Shown: positions 1 through 10,443, numbered from the stretch's first letter. The stretch: DNA of 64,000 nt from Candidatus Merdicola faecigallinarum (GCA_018714565.1 DVNH01000027.1:1009-65008), one strand, 5' to 3'. Program-made: numbers and translations. Notes: generated from the letters alone by a model not told the origin.

Positions 1-330
1 GAATGTTTCTTAGTAGGAAATCCTCGTGCAGCCGGTCATACTGCAATTTCTTCTAAAAAGCATTATAAAGATATGATGGAAATTCCAGATTCCTTATGCA
101 AAGATATTTTTACCTTTGCGAAAAAAATGATGAATATTTTAAAAGAAGTGTATCATTCCGAAAGTGTATATCTTTGTACTATGTGCGATGGTCCAATGAA
201 TCATTTTCATATTCAATTGATTCCTAGATATTCTTTTGAAAAACGTGGATCCCAAAATTTTATAAAGCCAAGAAAAGAATATATTGAGGATATCGAAAAA
301 ATAGAGCAAATAAAAGAACTTTTAAAATAA
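1..330 (+). CDS. HIT-family nucleotide hydrolase/transferase, 5' end cut by window edge
   Basis: Frame 1 is open from base 1. The histidine-triad motif NHFHIQLIPR is present. The listed ORF 73..330 is only the part after an internal Met. Confidence 0.7.
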   Translation, partial: ECFLVGNPRAAGHTAISSKKHYKDMMEIPDSLCKDIFTFAKKMMNILKEVYHSESVYLCTMCDGPMNHFHIQLIPRYSFEKRGSQNFIKPRKEYIEDIEKIEQIKELLK

Positions 331-353
331 AAAATAAAGTGAGGTGACTTTCT

Positions 354-887
354 ATGTATCATCGAATCTCCATTGTGGGTGGATCCGGTAGTGGAAAAAG
401 TACTTTAGCCAATCTTTTATCTAAAGAACTAAATCTACCTGCCATTCATTTAGATGGTATTAATTTTAAGTCTAATTGGGTTGAAGTTGACAAAAAAGAG
501 AGAGATAAAATCATTTCAGAAAAATCTTCTGAAGAGAATTGGATTATCGATGGAAATTATAATAAAACATTAAAGGAACGTTTTGATAGAGCCGATCTAA
601 TCATTTGGCTAGATTACTCTACCTTTGATCAATTAAAAGGGATCTTCAAAAGATACTTGAAAATGCGCCATGCAGAAAGACCAGAAATCCCTGGTTGTAG
701 AGAACGCCTTGATTTTACTTTTATTAAATATGTTGCAACTTATAATAAACAAAAAAGACCTCTTATTGTAGAACTTTTAAATACCATTCCTCAAGATAAA
801 GTTTTAATCTTTAAAAAACAAAAAGATTTAAATCAATGGCTAAAAAATTTTACTCACAATGAAAATATTTTAGATGATTTAAAATAG
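354..887 (+). CDS. P-loop NTPase, adenylate-kinase-like / topology-modulation-protein-like
   Basis: N-terminal Walker A IVGGSGSGKST. Size and layout fit small AAA/kinase-fold proteins. GAGGTGA RBS lies upstream. Confidence 0.6.
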   Translation: MYHRISIVGGSGSGKSTLANLLSKELNLPAIHLDGINFKSNWVEVDKKERDKIISEKSSEENWIIDGNYNKTLKERFDRADLIIWLDYSTFDQLKGIFKRYLKMRHAERPEIPGCRERLDFTFIKYVATYNKQKRPLIVELLNTIPQDKVLIFKKQKDLNQWLKNFTHNENILDDLK

Positions 888-939
888 TTTTCATAACTTA
901 TTATAAAAATAAATTTCAATTTAATCATTAAGAAAAGAG

Positions 940-1287
940 GTGTTTATTTTGACAAATAGCATTGAGTTTTTAAACAAGAAAGTAACAGTAAAAATGGATC
1001 GCCCTATGGGAAGTAAACATCCAAAGCACGGATTTATTTATCCAGTTAACTATGGATATATTCCTAATACCTTAAGTGGTGATGGCGAAGAATTAGATTC
1101 ATATGTTTTAGGTGTCTTTGAACCTTTGCAATCATTCACTGGAACTTGCATTGCCATCATCCATCGAATAAAAGATAATGATGATAAACTAGTAGTTGTT
1201 CCTGAAAATAGAAGCTTTACAGATGATGAGATTAGAGTATTAACCGAATTTCAAGAAAGATTTTTTGAAAGTGAGATTATAAGATAA
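940..1287 (+). CDS. Inorganic pyrophosphatase-like small protein
   Basis: The segment MDRPMGSKHPKHGFIYPVNYGYIPNTLSGDGEELDSYVLG resembles the PPase-fold core. The start is GTG 940 or TTG 948 after AAGAGG. Confidence 0.5.
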   Translation: MFILTNSIEFLNKKVTVKMDRPMGSKHPKHGFIYPVNYGYIPNTLSGDGEELDSYVLGVFEPLQSFTGTCIAIIHRIKDNDDKLVVVPENRSFTDDEIRVLTEFQERFFESEIIR

Positions 1288-1395
1288 TTGGTTTAATATG
1301 ATTTATACTGTCAAAAATAAAGAGATAAGTTATCATATTTATTATCAAATATGATAAAACTTACCTCTTATTTTTATGTTCCTACTTTCTCAGTT

Positions 1396-4300
1396 TTAAG
1401 CTTCTTCGTTTTCCTCTTCTTTTAATACATCGTCTCCTAAGAAATACCTTTCGATATAATCCCAACGTTCTTCATCTGTTTTTAATTCTTTAATAAACTT
1501 TTCGATAATTGCTCGATCTCTTTTATGTTTCTCTGTTGCTTTTTTTACAATTTTGTTTTCATATCGAATCTTTTCTTTTGCAATTGCTTCAATTCTGCTT
1601 GGATCATTGATACGAATAAAGATTTCTGGATTTTCCCCTCCATACATATCATATTGAACCAAATTAAATAGAGATAATAAATTTAATATCTTAATAATTG
1701 GTTTTATTTTCGCATCTCCACTTGTTTTATATTTCTCTGTTTTATTACTATCGATTCTGTCTAATTCTTTTATAAAAGTATTCTTATAAACAAGGGATTC
1801 TGCTACACTTCGATAAGTAGAATTTGTAATTCTATACTTTGTTACTTCTCCTACAGTCTTTTTAACATAAAACTCTTTGTTTTGGAAAGAATTTCCTCGA
1901 TCCTCGATACAAGTAAAATATCCATTTGCAATATTTCTAGCAGTAATATTATCTTTATAAATTTCTACTAGCTCTTTTTCAAATTGTTGTAATGTAAATT
2001 CTCCCTGTTTGCTTTGTAATTTTGCAAGTACTCCACTTACTTTATCAATTTCATCCAATAATTTTTGTTTAATTCCTTTAAATGTTTCATTTTCTTTTAC
2101 CATTTCTATTTTTATCTTATTTCTTGGATGAATATTATTGGCATACTTTTCAAATATTTTTTCTCTATTTTCATAGTAATAATACTTAAAATTAGGAAAA
2201 GATATTCTAGAAAAGTTTTCTTCCCAAATTCTCTTTAAATCTACTACATAAATATCTCCAGTATCACTATTTATCGTAATTTGATCTTTTCGATCAATCT
2301 CGATTTCATCTTTTCTTCCTTCTTTGATTTTCTTGAAATACTTTCCATATTTTCCATTTAAGAATTCATCTTCTATTTCTTTATCTACAACAGCATACGT
2401 ACTTGTGAACATACTTCTTGGTCTAGTGATAATAACTGGGATTTTATATTTTGCCATCATATCTTTTTCTATATTTAGAAGCGCTGTTTTTACCGATGTT
2501 TCTAAATCCGTACTTTTTGGAAATACACTTTCAAAAGCTTGTGGAGTAACTAAATTACTTCTTCTCTTACTCTTTTGATAAATATGATCTAAAATACGAA
2601 TCATTGCGGTAATATGGTATTGTTTAATTGCTGACATTCCAAATAAAGAATTAGAATAATTCATATCTAAATCATAATAATCTAAATGAGCAATTCCAGT
2701 TAAATCTTTTGATCTTGCTGCTCTTCCTATTTCTTGCATATAGTCATTTAGATTACCAGAAATCGCATAATGGTATACATGTTTAATATCTTTAATGTCG
2801 ATTCCCATACCAAATGCTTTGGTAGCAAACATTACTTTTAAATCCCCTTTTTTGTATTTTTCTGCGGATTCTTTCTTAATACATTTTCTTACTTGCCCTG
2901 TGTAAATTCCAATTCCTTTCGATACGTCTTTTAGCATTTCAAATTCATTTCGATTTTCATATGCCTCAATTGCAGTGGAATTATATGGGAAATAAACTAA
3001 AGATTTTTCATCTGCATTTACCCAAGTTTGTATTCTTTCTTTTAAATTTTCTGCTTTTTTTATTTTTGTTTCTGTTTGATTTAATTTTTCTTCATTTACA
3101 TGAATGTCAAACTGAATATCTTTTCTTTTTACTTCTCCAATATAGCGAATTGGATCTTTTAAATATAAACTTTTTGCAATTTCCATAACGCCATCATCTT
3201 TTCCACCAAATACAGATGTTGCAGTAAAAGTACAGATCGGGAAATCATATTTTCTTGAATTTTCATCTAATTTTCCACCGTTGTATCTTGCTCTTCTTAA
3301 TCTTTCGATATAAGAACCTAAATACCAATAATCTGGTCGAAATCCTTGTCCCCATGTTGTAACAATATGCGCTTCATCTACAATAATAGTAGATATATCT
3401 CTAGTTCCAATAATACTTTCAATCGAATAAGATAATAACGCTTCTGGGCTTAAATATAAAATATCGATGCTTCCTTCCTCAATTTTTCTTAATATCTCTT
3501 CTTTTTCAGATGCATTAATATCGGAATTAATTCTAGCGGATTTATGATATCCTCTTTTTTCTAGATTCTCTACCTGGTCATTCATTAATTCTACTAATGG
3601 TGAAATTACAATCGAAATGGAATGATATTTATTGGCTGCATATACTGCTGGAATTTGAAACATGACAGATTTTCCAGCACCGGTTGGTGCTGTTACAAAA
3701 ATATCTCTGTAACTTGCTTTTCTTTCTTCATTTTTGCACAAATCAATTTGAGTTACAATTTCATTAATAATCTCTTCTTGACTTATTTCTTCTAGTTCAT
3801 TTCCCTCACTTGGATTTTTATAAATCTTTATTTTCTTAAAGTTTTGGAAATTCGGAATTCCTATTTCTTCTATGGCAATCCTTTTATATTCTCTACTTCT
3901 TTTTTGGTATTCAATTTGGTTTAAATATTCATATACTTCTTTTCCTATGCTTGTTAAATAAGCAATCAATCCTTGCTTTATTTCCTTGGTTATTTCAGTT
4001 TCAATATCCACCGAGATTCCAATTTTAGAATAGTTTTCACATTCTAATATATTTTCTACATAGGATGTTAAATCCTCACTGATTTCAAAAATATATTCTA
4101 CATTTGCACTTTTCCTTAAATCCTTTTTTTCAATTTCATATCTTTGCTTTACTTCTAATTTGTCCTTATAGTCATATTCATAATTATGATATTGTACAAA
4201 ATATTGATTCTTTATCTTATACACATAAGAATAGATAGAATGTTCCTTATTTGTTTCTTTATTCTCTTCTTCATTCTCTTCTTGTAAAAATTCTTCCATT

Positions 4301-4611
4301 GTTTTTGAATCGTAAATTTCTAAAGGATAAATATTATAATATTTGTTATTCTCAATAATTTCTACTTTTACTTGGAAGGTATTTAGTAATAAGAATAATG
4401 TTTCATAACAGGTAGAAAATTCTTCATAAGTGATCCATTTATCTTCTTCTTTTAATAATAAATAATTTTTAGTAAATTCTTGTATTATTTTTTGTGCTAT
4501 TTCTGAAACTTCTTTTATATCTATTTTTTCTTCCACTGTTGTTTGAATTAAAGCACTTGCTTCATTTTTTCTTAGGAAATCTACTTCAAAACCTTTTAAT
4601 ACTTTTAACAT
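1396..4611 (-). CDS. Long RecQ-like superfamily-2 DNA helicase with uncharacterised N- and C-terminal regions
   Basis: Walker A is TAPTGAGKS; the DEAH box is IVDEAHIVTTWGQGFRPDYW; the helicase C motif is ATKAFGMGIDIKDIKHVYHY. The likely start is Met30 of the ORF (ATG at 4611), preceded by GGAGGAAG. Confidence 0.75.
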   Translation of the reverse strand: MLKVLKGFEVDFLRKNEASALIQTTVEEKIDIKEVSEIAQKIIQEFTKNYLLLKEEDKWITYEEFSTCYETLFLLLNTFQVKVEIIENNKYYNIYPLEIYDSKTMEEFLQEENEEENKETNKEHSIYSYVYKIKNQYFVQYHNYEYDYKDKLEVKQRYEIEKKDLRKSANVEYIFEISEDLTSYVENILECENYSKIGISVDIETEITKEIKQGLIAYLTSIGKEVYEYLNQIEYQKRSREYKRIAIEEIGIPNFQNFKKIKIYKNPSEGNELEEISQEEIINEIVTQIDLCKNEERKASYRDIFVTAPTGAGKSVMFQIPAVYAANKYHSISIVISPLVELMNDQVENLEKRGYHKSARINSDINASEKEEILRKIEEGSIDILYLSPEALLSYSIESIIGTRDISTIIVDEAHIVTTWGQGFRPDYWYLGSYIERLRRARYNGGKLDENSRKYDFPICTFTATSVFGGKDDGVMEIAKSLYLKDPIRYIGEVKRKDIQFDIHVNEEKLNQTETKIKKAENLKERIQTWVNADEKSLVYFPYNSTAIEAYENRNEFEMLKDVSKGIGIYTGQVRKCIKKESAEKYKKGDLKVMFATKAFGMGIDIKDIKHVYHYAISGNLNDYMQEIGRAARSKDLTGIAHLDYYDLDMNYSNSLFGMSAIKQYHITAMIRILDHIYQKSKRRSNLVTPQAFESVFPKSTDLETSVKTALLNIEKDMMAKYKIPVIITRPRSMFTSTYAVVDKEIEDEFLNGKYGKYFKKIKEGRKDEIEIDRKDQITINSDTGDIYVVDLKRIWEENFSRISFPNFKYYYYENREKIFEKYANNIHPRNKIKIEMVKENETFKGIKQKLLDEIDKVSGVLAKLQSKQGEFTLQQFEKELVEIYKDNITARNIANGYFTCIEDRGNSFQNKEFYVKKTVGEVTKYRITNSTYRSVAESLVYKNTFIKELDRIDSNKTEKYKTSGDAKIKPIIKILNLLSLFNLVQYDMYGGENPEIFIRINDPSRIEAIAKEKIRYENKIVKKATEKHKRDRAIIEKFIKELKTDEERWDYIERYFLGDDVLKEEENEEA

Positions 4612-4774
4612 AAATCTTCCTCCAAACTTTTTCCTTATTTTCTTGCTACCTTCGTTTTGTATCTGTTTTCTCTTATTTTCCCTAGTTATATCATACAATC
4701 CTTAGTTTCACAATGCCTTATCCTCCTTTTTCCATTCCACATTCATTCTACATAGTAGGAAATTTCCCATATAA

Positions 4775-4886
4775 TAAGAAAAGTGACTTCGCCACATGTA
4801 CAGATTGCTTCGCAATCGCACAGACTAATGTAACTTAACCTTGTTACTCCAGAAATTTCTGACGAAATTTCCTACGTAATAAAAAA
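4775..4886 (+). repeat. Dispersed ~110-nt multi-hairpin repeat, copy A
   Basis: TAAGAAAAGTGACTTCGCCACATGTACAGATTGCTTCGCAATCGCACAGACTAATGTAACTTAACCTTGTTACTCCAGAAATTTCTGACGAAATTTCCTACGTAATAAAAAA. An extra inverted copy of its 3' end (TAGTAGGAAATTTC) sits at 4753..4766. Confidence 0.85.
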
Positions 4887-4914
4887 GCACTGAAAAGCTT
4901 CTTCTTTTCAGTAC
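4887..4914 (-). terminator. Rho-independent terminator after pheT
   Basis: Hairpin GCACTGAAAAG / CTTTTCAGTAC. On the minus strand it is followed by a T-run that is also the first bases of repeat copy A. Confidence 0.6.
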
Positions 4915-4949
4915 TTTGACAAAGGTATTCATTTTTATTCTAGTGTATC

Positions 4950-7376
4950 TTATTTTCTAAGTTCTGCTCCTAACTCTTTTTCTAACCCAGCTATTATTTC
5001 TTCCATAATTGGATTAATTTCATCGTCACTCATTGTTCTGTCTTTCGCTCTAAATTTTAAGCTATAAGCAATACTCTTTTTATCATTTCCGATTTTTTCA
5101 TCACGATAAATATCAAATAATTTTAATTCTTCTAAGTTTTTCTTTGCTTTTTTCTTAATAATCTTTTCAATTTGTCCTACTTCTACTTTTTCATCTACTA
5201 AAATTGCAATATCCCTTTCCATTGCTGGATATTTTGGTATTTCTACATATTTTTTATTCGATTTTCCGTATTTCTCTAATTTTGCAAGACAAATTTCTGC
5301 TACATATACTCTTTGAGATATGCCATAGTTACTTGCAAGAATAGGATGAATTTCTCCTAAAACAGCGATTGTATCATTTCCTATTTTTATATTTGCTGTT
5401 CTTCCCGGATGATAAATTTCATTTTCCGTTTCTCTTACTACTTCATATCTTAATACATCTGATACTTCTAAAATATTTTCTACATATCCTTTTAATTCAT
5501 AAAAATCTACTTTTTCTCCATACATTCCTAATGTTAAAATAATTTCTTCTGATGGTAATTTTCCTTCTTCAATTTGATGATTATCATTGCGATATCTTCT
5601 CGAAATATCAAATAATTTTACTTCTGGATTCTTTTTATTAGAATTATTTGCTAACATTTGCATCATACTAGGAATCGTAGTTGGTCTTAATAATGTATAG
5701 TCCTCACTTAATGGATTTTTTACTGCAATAATTTCTTTTCTTAATGGGTTTTCTTCTCCCACATTAATTTTTTCTAAATCTTTTTGGTTGATGAATGCAT
5801 AAGTATATATTTCAGACATTCCTCTATTTACTAATAATTTACGAACATTATCTTCTAATTTTTGACCTTTATTCTTTCCTCCAGCAACCGTTTCTGCATG
5901 AATTAAAGTACTATCTAATTTATCATATCCATAAAATCGAACTACTTCTTCTGCAATATCTGCAATTCCTTCTAAATCTTGGCGATAGAATGGTGGCGTT
6001 AAAGTATCTCCTTCGATTTTAATATCTAATCTTTGAAGAATATCTACCATTTCTTCTCTTTTTAAATTTGTTCCTAATAATTGATTAATTCTATCCACAT
6101 TTAATAAAATTTTATTTTCTTTTTGCTTGGTTGGATAAACATCGATTACACCTTCTACCGCTTCTCCAATTCCTAACATTTCTACTAATTGTGCTGCTCG
6201 ATTAGCAGATCTTAACGCATTTTCAGGAGATAATCCTTTTTCATAACGACTAGATGCTTCTGTTCTTAGCCCTACTTTTTTAGCTGTTTTTCTTACACTT
6301 CCTCCATAGAATACAGCAGATTCAAATACAACCGTTTGCGTATCCTTTTCGATTTCTGAATTTTGACCTCCCATTACACCTGCAATTGCAACTGCTTTTT
6401 CTTTATCACTAATCACAAGCATAGTATCCTCTAAATTTCTTTCTACATCATCTAATGTTACAATTTTTTCTCCTTTTGTTGCTCTTCTTACATTAATGTG
6501 TTTTCCAGCAATAGAATTGATATCAAATGCATGCATTGGTTGACCAAGTTCTAGCATTACATAATTTGTTATATCTACAATATTATTAATACTTCTTACT
6601 CCACATGCATTTAATCTTCTTACCATCCATTCTGGAGAAGGTCCAATCTTTACATTTTTTACTACTTTTGCCACATATCGATAACAAAGATCTGGCGCAC
6701 TAATTTCAACACTTAATCCTTCAATTTCATCTTTTGGAACATATGGAATTTCTTTTAAATCTTTACGGGGATCTTTAAATTCTTCTTTTAAAGATACTGC
6801 TGTTTCTCTTCCCAATCCCTCAATAGATAAACAATCAGGACGATTTGGTGTAATTTCAAATTCAATAATATCTTCTCTTAAATTTAATACTTCAACAATA
6901 TCCATTCCTAATTTTGATTCATACTCTTTTGGTAAAATCATAATTCCATGTTCAATTTGTCCTGGATAATTTTCAATATTCAAACCTAATTCTCCTACAG
7001 AACACATCATACCACAGGAATCAATTCCTCTAAGTTTTCCTGTTTTTATTTTTACGCCTCCTGGTAGTTCTGATCCATCTTTTGCAATTGGTACAATATC
7101 ATTTACTTTAATATTGTTTGCTCCTGTTACAATTTGTAAAATTTCATCCTTTACATCTACTTTTGTTACTACTAACTTCTCTGCATCTGGGTGTTTTTCT
7201 ATCTCTAAAATTTTTCCTACTACTACATTTTTAATATCATTTCCTTTTTCTTCTACAGTCTCTACCTTTGATCCTGTTAGCGTAAGAATATCTCCTAATT
7301 CTAATGCAGATTTATTAATATTTGAATATTCTTCTAACCATTCTATACTTGCTTTCATACTTTCCTTCCTTTCCAT
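4950..7376 (-). CDS. pheT: Phenylalanine--tRNA ligase beta subunit
   Basis: 808 aa. It has an N-terminal tRNA-binding OB domain and B3/4 and B5 regions, is downstream of pheS, and the full length is colinear with PheT. Confidence 0.95.
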   Translation of the reverse strand: MERKESMKASIEWLEEYSNINKSALELGDILTLTGSKVETVEEKGNDIKNVVVGKILEIEKHPDAEKLVVTKVDVKDEILQIVTGANNIKVNDIVPIAKDGSELPGGVKIKTGKLRGIDSCGMMCSVGELGLNIENYPGQIEHGIMILPKEYESKLGMDIVEVLNLREDIIEFEITPNRPDCLSIEGLGRETAVSLKEEFKDPRKDLKEIPYVPKDEIEGLSVEISAPDLCYRYVAKVVKNVKIGPSPEWMVRRLNACGVRSINNIVDITNYVMLELGQPMHAFDINSIAGKHINVRRATKGEKIVTLDDVERNLEDTMLVISDKEKAVAIAGVMGGQNSEIEKDTQTVVFESAVFYGGSVRKTAKKVGLRTEASSRYEKGLSPENALRSANRAAQLVEMLGIGEAVEGVIDVYPTKQKENKILLNVDRINQLLGTNLKREEMVDILQRLDIKIEGDTLTPPFYRQDLEGIADIAEEVVRFYGYDKLDSTLIHAETVAGGKNKGQKLEDNVRKLLVNRGMSEIYTYAFINQKDLEKINVGEENPLRKEIIAVKNPLSEDYTLLRPTTIPSMMQMLANNSNKKNPEVKLFDISRRYRNDNHQIEEGKLPSEEIILTLGMYGEKVDFYELKGYVENILEVSDVLRYEVVRETENEIYHPGRTANIKIGNDTIAVLGEIHPILASNYGISQRVYVAEICLAKLEKYGKSNKKYVEIPKYPAMERDIAILVDEKVEVGQIEKIIKKKAKKNLEELKLFDIYRDEKIGNDKKSIAYSLKFRAKDRTMSDDEINPIMEEIIAGLEKELGAELRK

Positions 7377-7422
7377 TTTTCTTTTATTTAAGTATTTCCT
7401 TTATCATAAGTTATTTTTTGTT

Positions 7423-7734
7423 TTATTCTCTTTCTGTTAGTCCAATCGTTTTATCTACTTGTTTTTGAGCCATTTCTTGATCACGGTTTCTCTTTCTTTG
7501 CGCTCCTAAGCTCCAACTTTGATTTGGATTTCTTCTTCTTGCTTTTCTTACTTCAATTTCATAACCAACCGTTACATGTAATCTTTCGTCAATTACTTTT
7601 TGTACATCGATACAAATTCCCTTCTTTTGATATTCTTCTTTTAGTCTTTTTAACTCTTGTATTCTTGCCTTTTCATCAAAAGGTCCATAAAAATCACGTA
7701 TATCTACATATCGCTTTATGATTGGTTCTTTCAT
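7423..7734 (-). CDS. Small hypothetical protein inserted between pheS and pheT
   Basis: The likely start is ATG 7734 (MKEPIIKRY...), preceded by AAAGGAGAGAAAG. The C-terminus is basic. I recognise no family. Confidence 0.5.
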   Translation of the reverse strand: MKEPIIKRYVDIRDFYGPFDEKARIQELKRLKEEYQKKGICIDVQKVIDERLHVTVGYEIEVRKARRRNPNQSWSLGAQRKRNRDQEMAQKQVDKTIGLTERE

Positions 7735-7779
7735 CTTTCTCTCCTTTATTTCTTTTAAGAATAAAACTTTTAACATGCC

Positions 7780-8799
7780 TTAAAATTGTTTTAAGAATCG
7801 AACATCATTTTCAAATAATAAACGCATATCATCAATTCCGTATTTTGCCATAGCAATTCTTTCTGCACCACATCCAAATGCAAATCCCGAATATTCTTCT
7901 GGATCAATTCCGCAATTTCTTAGTACATTAGGATGTACCATTCCACAACCTAATAGTTCGATCCATCCTTCTCCTTTACATGTTTTGCACCCTTTTCCTC
8001 CACAAACGAAACAAGAAACATCTACTTCTGCACTTGGTTCTGTAAATGGGAAATGGTGTGGTCTAAATCTTATTTTTGTATTTTCTCCTAAACATTTTTT
8101 AGCAAATACTTCTAACGTTCCTTTTAAATCTGCCATTGTAATATTTTTATCAATTACTAATCCTTCTATTTGATGGAATACTGGTGAATGAGTACTATCT
8201 ACACTATCAGAACGATATACAGCTCCTGGACAGATAATACGAATTGGTGGCTTTTTACTTTCCATTACTCTTGCTTGCACTGGTGAAGTTTGTGAACGAA
8301 GTACAATATCATCTGTAATATAGAACGTATCTTGACTATCTCTTGCTGGGTGATCTTCTGGTGTATTTAATTTGTCAAAATTATAGATTGCAAGCTCTAC
8401 TTCTGGTCCATCTGCAACTTCATACCCTAATCCAATGAAAATATCCTCAATCTCTTTATTAATACTTGTAACAGGATGTACAGATCCAATTTCTATTTTT
8501 TTACTTGGTTCTGTTACGTCAATTGTTTCTGTTTGTAATTTATGATTTAATTCTTCTCTTTTTAGTTCTGCTTCTTTTCCTTGAATTTCTTTTTCAAGTT
8601 CATCTCTTACTTGATTTACTAAACTTCCAATGACTGGTCTTTCTTCTGGTGAAAGACTTCCCATTCCTCTTAAAACAACAGTAAGTTCACCTTTTTTCCC
8701 TAAATATTTTACTCTTTGATCATTTAATTCCTTTAAGTCTTTTGCACTTTTTATTTCCTGTAGTGCATTCTCTTCAATCTGTTTGATTTGTTCTTTCAT
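7780..8799 (-). CDS. pheS: Phenylalanine--tRNA ligase alpha subunit
   Basis: Class II aaRS motifs are present ([29 protein letters not shown]). The likely start is ATG 8799, after GGGAGGAAAATC. Confidence 0.95.
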   Translation of the reverse strand: MKEQIKQIEENALQEIKSAKDLKELNDQRVKYLGKKGELTVVLRGMGSLSPEERPVIGSLVNQVRDELEKEIQGKEAELKREELNHKLQTETIDVTEPSKKIEIGSVHPVTSINKEIEDIFIGLGYEVADGPEVELAIYNFDKLNTPEDHPARDSQDTFYITDDIVLRSQTSPVQARVMESKKPPIRIICPGAVYRSDSVDSTHSPVFHQIEGLVIDKNITMADLKGTLEVFAKKCLGENTKIRFRPHHFPFTEPSAEVDVSCFVCGGKGCKTCKGEGWIELLGCGMVHPNVLRNCGIDPEEYSGFAFGCGAERIAMAKYGIDDMRLLFENDVRFLKQF

Positions 8800-8865
8800 G
8801 ATTTTCCTCCCTTTTTTATTTTTTCCTATGATGGTACTTTCTCTTTTTTCTTCTATCAATTACAA

Positions 8866-9075
8866 TCAAAAAAGCCATCCATCCTATTGCTAGGACGAAT
8901 GGCTTAAACGATCCGTGGTACCACCTAATTTATTAATTTTAATAATTAATCACTCATTTGCTATAACGTTGCAACCGTTATTTTCTACTTGTTTTCAAAA
9001 ATAAACCTCAAAAGTGAAATTTCCATAAATCGGATTGGACTGGCTTCCAGCAAACGCCCTTCTCTCTATACAATC
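8866..9075 (-). promoter_or_regulatory. T-box leader upstream of pheST, Phe-type
   Basis: On the minus strand: an AGAGAG box, the GGAAAUUUCAC region containing UUC followed by A, the T-box sequence AGGTGGTACCACGG (plus 8913..8926), then the terminator AAGCCATTCGTCC...GGATGGATGGCTTTTTT. Confidence 0.85.
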
Positions 9076-9242
9076 TTAACAATTTATGTACTTTGCTTTT
9101 TCAAAGGCTTTTTTATTTATGTGCAATATCATATCATACTTTTTTTATTTGTGCAAGCTTATCTTAAGTTAGATTCTTGTTCTCTTAAAAATTTCACAAA
9201 CTATCTTCCTTGCATTTTTTATTATTATCTACTTTTTTACTT

Positions 9243-9337
9243 GTTTTATACTAACTTAAGCTATCATATGTATTTAATGCAGAAATAAAAAAAATAGACC
9301 AAAAAATGTTTTATACTAACTTAAGCTATCATATGTA
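9243..9337. repeat. 30-bp direct repeat, two copies 65 bp apart
   Basis: GTTTTATACTAACTTAAGCTATCATATGTA occurs at 9243..9272 and again at 9308..9337. The second copy covers the last codons and stop of ORF 9316..9516. Confidence 0.8.
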
Positions 9338-9516
9338 CGATGAATTGATGCTGTTACATTATTTAAATCATTTTCAATTTTATTTTCTTCTTTGGCACTT
9401 GTAAATGAATTTGCCATATATCCTACAAAAAAACCAACTAAAAATGCTACTACAACAATGATTACATTTCTCATTTCTTCTTGTTTATTATACATATCTT
9501 TATCATATATTTTCAT
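9316..9516 (-). CDS. Small single-pass membrane protein, hypothetical
   Basis: 66-aa ORF with one hydrophobic helix (VIIVVVAFLVGFFVGYM). No family recognised. Confidence 0.4.
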   Translation of the reverse strand: MKIYDKDMYNKQEEMRNVIIVVVAFLVGFFVGYMANSFTSAKEENKIENDLNNVTASIHRTYDSLS

Positions 9517-9544
9517 AAGCTTGTCCTCTCCTTTGTTTCTTATT

Positions 9545-10066
9545 TTATTCTTCTACTTTATTTTCCTTTTGGATCCACTTTCTCTGAATTGGAATCATTA
9601 CAATATATCCAATGCTTTCTATTGCAGCAACTACTAATGTAATGATCATTTGCAGTGATTTTGCTTCTTCTACTACACTTTTTATTTGTTCTTGTATTTC
9701 TTCTCCTAAACTTAACATTTGACCATCAATTCTTAAAATTGAAACAGAATAAACAATAGCATTATAAAATGTGGTAAATAAAATACAAATAATAAAAAAT
9801 ATTAACATATTTCTTTGAAATTTCTTTACGTTTTCTTCGTCCAATAATTTAGATCTAAATATATCTTTGGTAGATAACTTTGTTGCTAAAAAAACGGAAA
9901 TAAATAATGCTACTACTGTTAAAATTGATGAAATAATAATATTCACTTTTGTATAGATAAACGAAAAAATAACTCCAAATATTAAGGTTAAAATAATATA
10001 ATATAAAACATAATGCCATAAAAAACTAAATGTCATTTTTCCTGAACTTCCAATTTCTTTTTCCAC
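9545..10066 (-). CDS. Multi-pass membrane protein, hypothetical
   Basis: 173-aa ORF with about four hydrophobic segments. No family recognised. Confidence 0.5.
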   Translation of the reverse strand: MEKEIGSSGKMTFSFLWHYVLYYIILTLIFGVIFSFIYTKVNIIISSILTVVALFISVFLATKLSTKDIFRSKLLDEENVKKFQRNMLIFFIICILFTTFYNAIVYSVSILRIDGQMLSLGEEIQEQIKSVVEEAKSLQMIITLVVAAIESIGYIVMIPIQRKWIQKENKVEE

Positions 10067-10164
10067 TATTCTTCCTCCATTTTCTTCTGTTTATTTTCTG
10101 TATTTTTATAAAACAATTTTTATCTATTTATATATTTTATCTTTGTTGTACTGCCAATAATTAT

Positions 10165-10443
10165 TTATTCTCTATCGTCTCCCTGATACTGTTCTTCTTT
10201 TTCAATCATTTGTTTTGCAAAATCAGCATATAATGAATCTGGATGTTTTTTCATATAAGTATCATATTCTTTTTTTATTGTACTTGCATATAAAAGTGCT
10301 CCATCCATTCCCTGTTTCTTTCTTACATTTTCTATTTTTTTCCACAGCTTTTTCCTTGGATCTTGAATATCACCTAATAAAACTAGATCTTTTTGCAATT
10401 TCATTTTGTTTAAAAAATTTAAAACTTCTCTATAATTGTACAT
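10165..10443 (-). CDS. Hypothetical protein
   Basis: 92-aa ORF, co-directional with its neighbours. No motif recognised. Confidence 0.4.
   Translation of the reverse strand: MYNYREVLNFLNKMKLQKDLVLLGDIQDPRKKLWKKIENVRKKQGMDGALLYASTIKKEYDTYMKKHPDSLYADFAKQMIEKEEQYQGDDRE

Noticed and set aside
4830-4848. The repeat family as a hidden tRNA-like gene that could decode CGGN. The third hairpin has an 8-nt loop, UUAACCUU.
   Set aside because: There is no cloverleaf, no acceptor stem and no T-loop consensus. The 8-nt loop, in either orientation, does not contain an NCCG anticodon. The other hairpins have 3- or 4-nt loops.
7735-7776. N-terminal extensions of several track ORFs: 7735..7776, 8800..8859, 12226..12303, 4612..4698, 17005..17022, 12396..12404 and 54124..54132.
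   Set aside because: In each case an internal ATG or GTG is preceded by a much better Shine-Dalgarno sequence, and it aligns with the expected N-terminus of the family.
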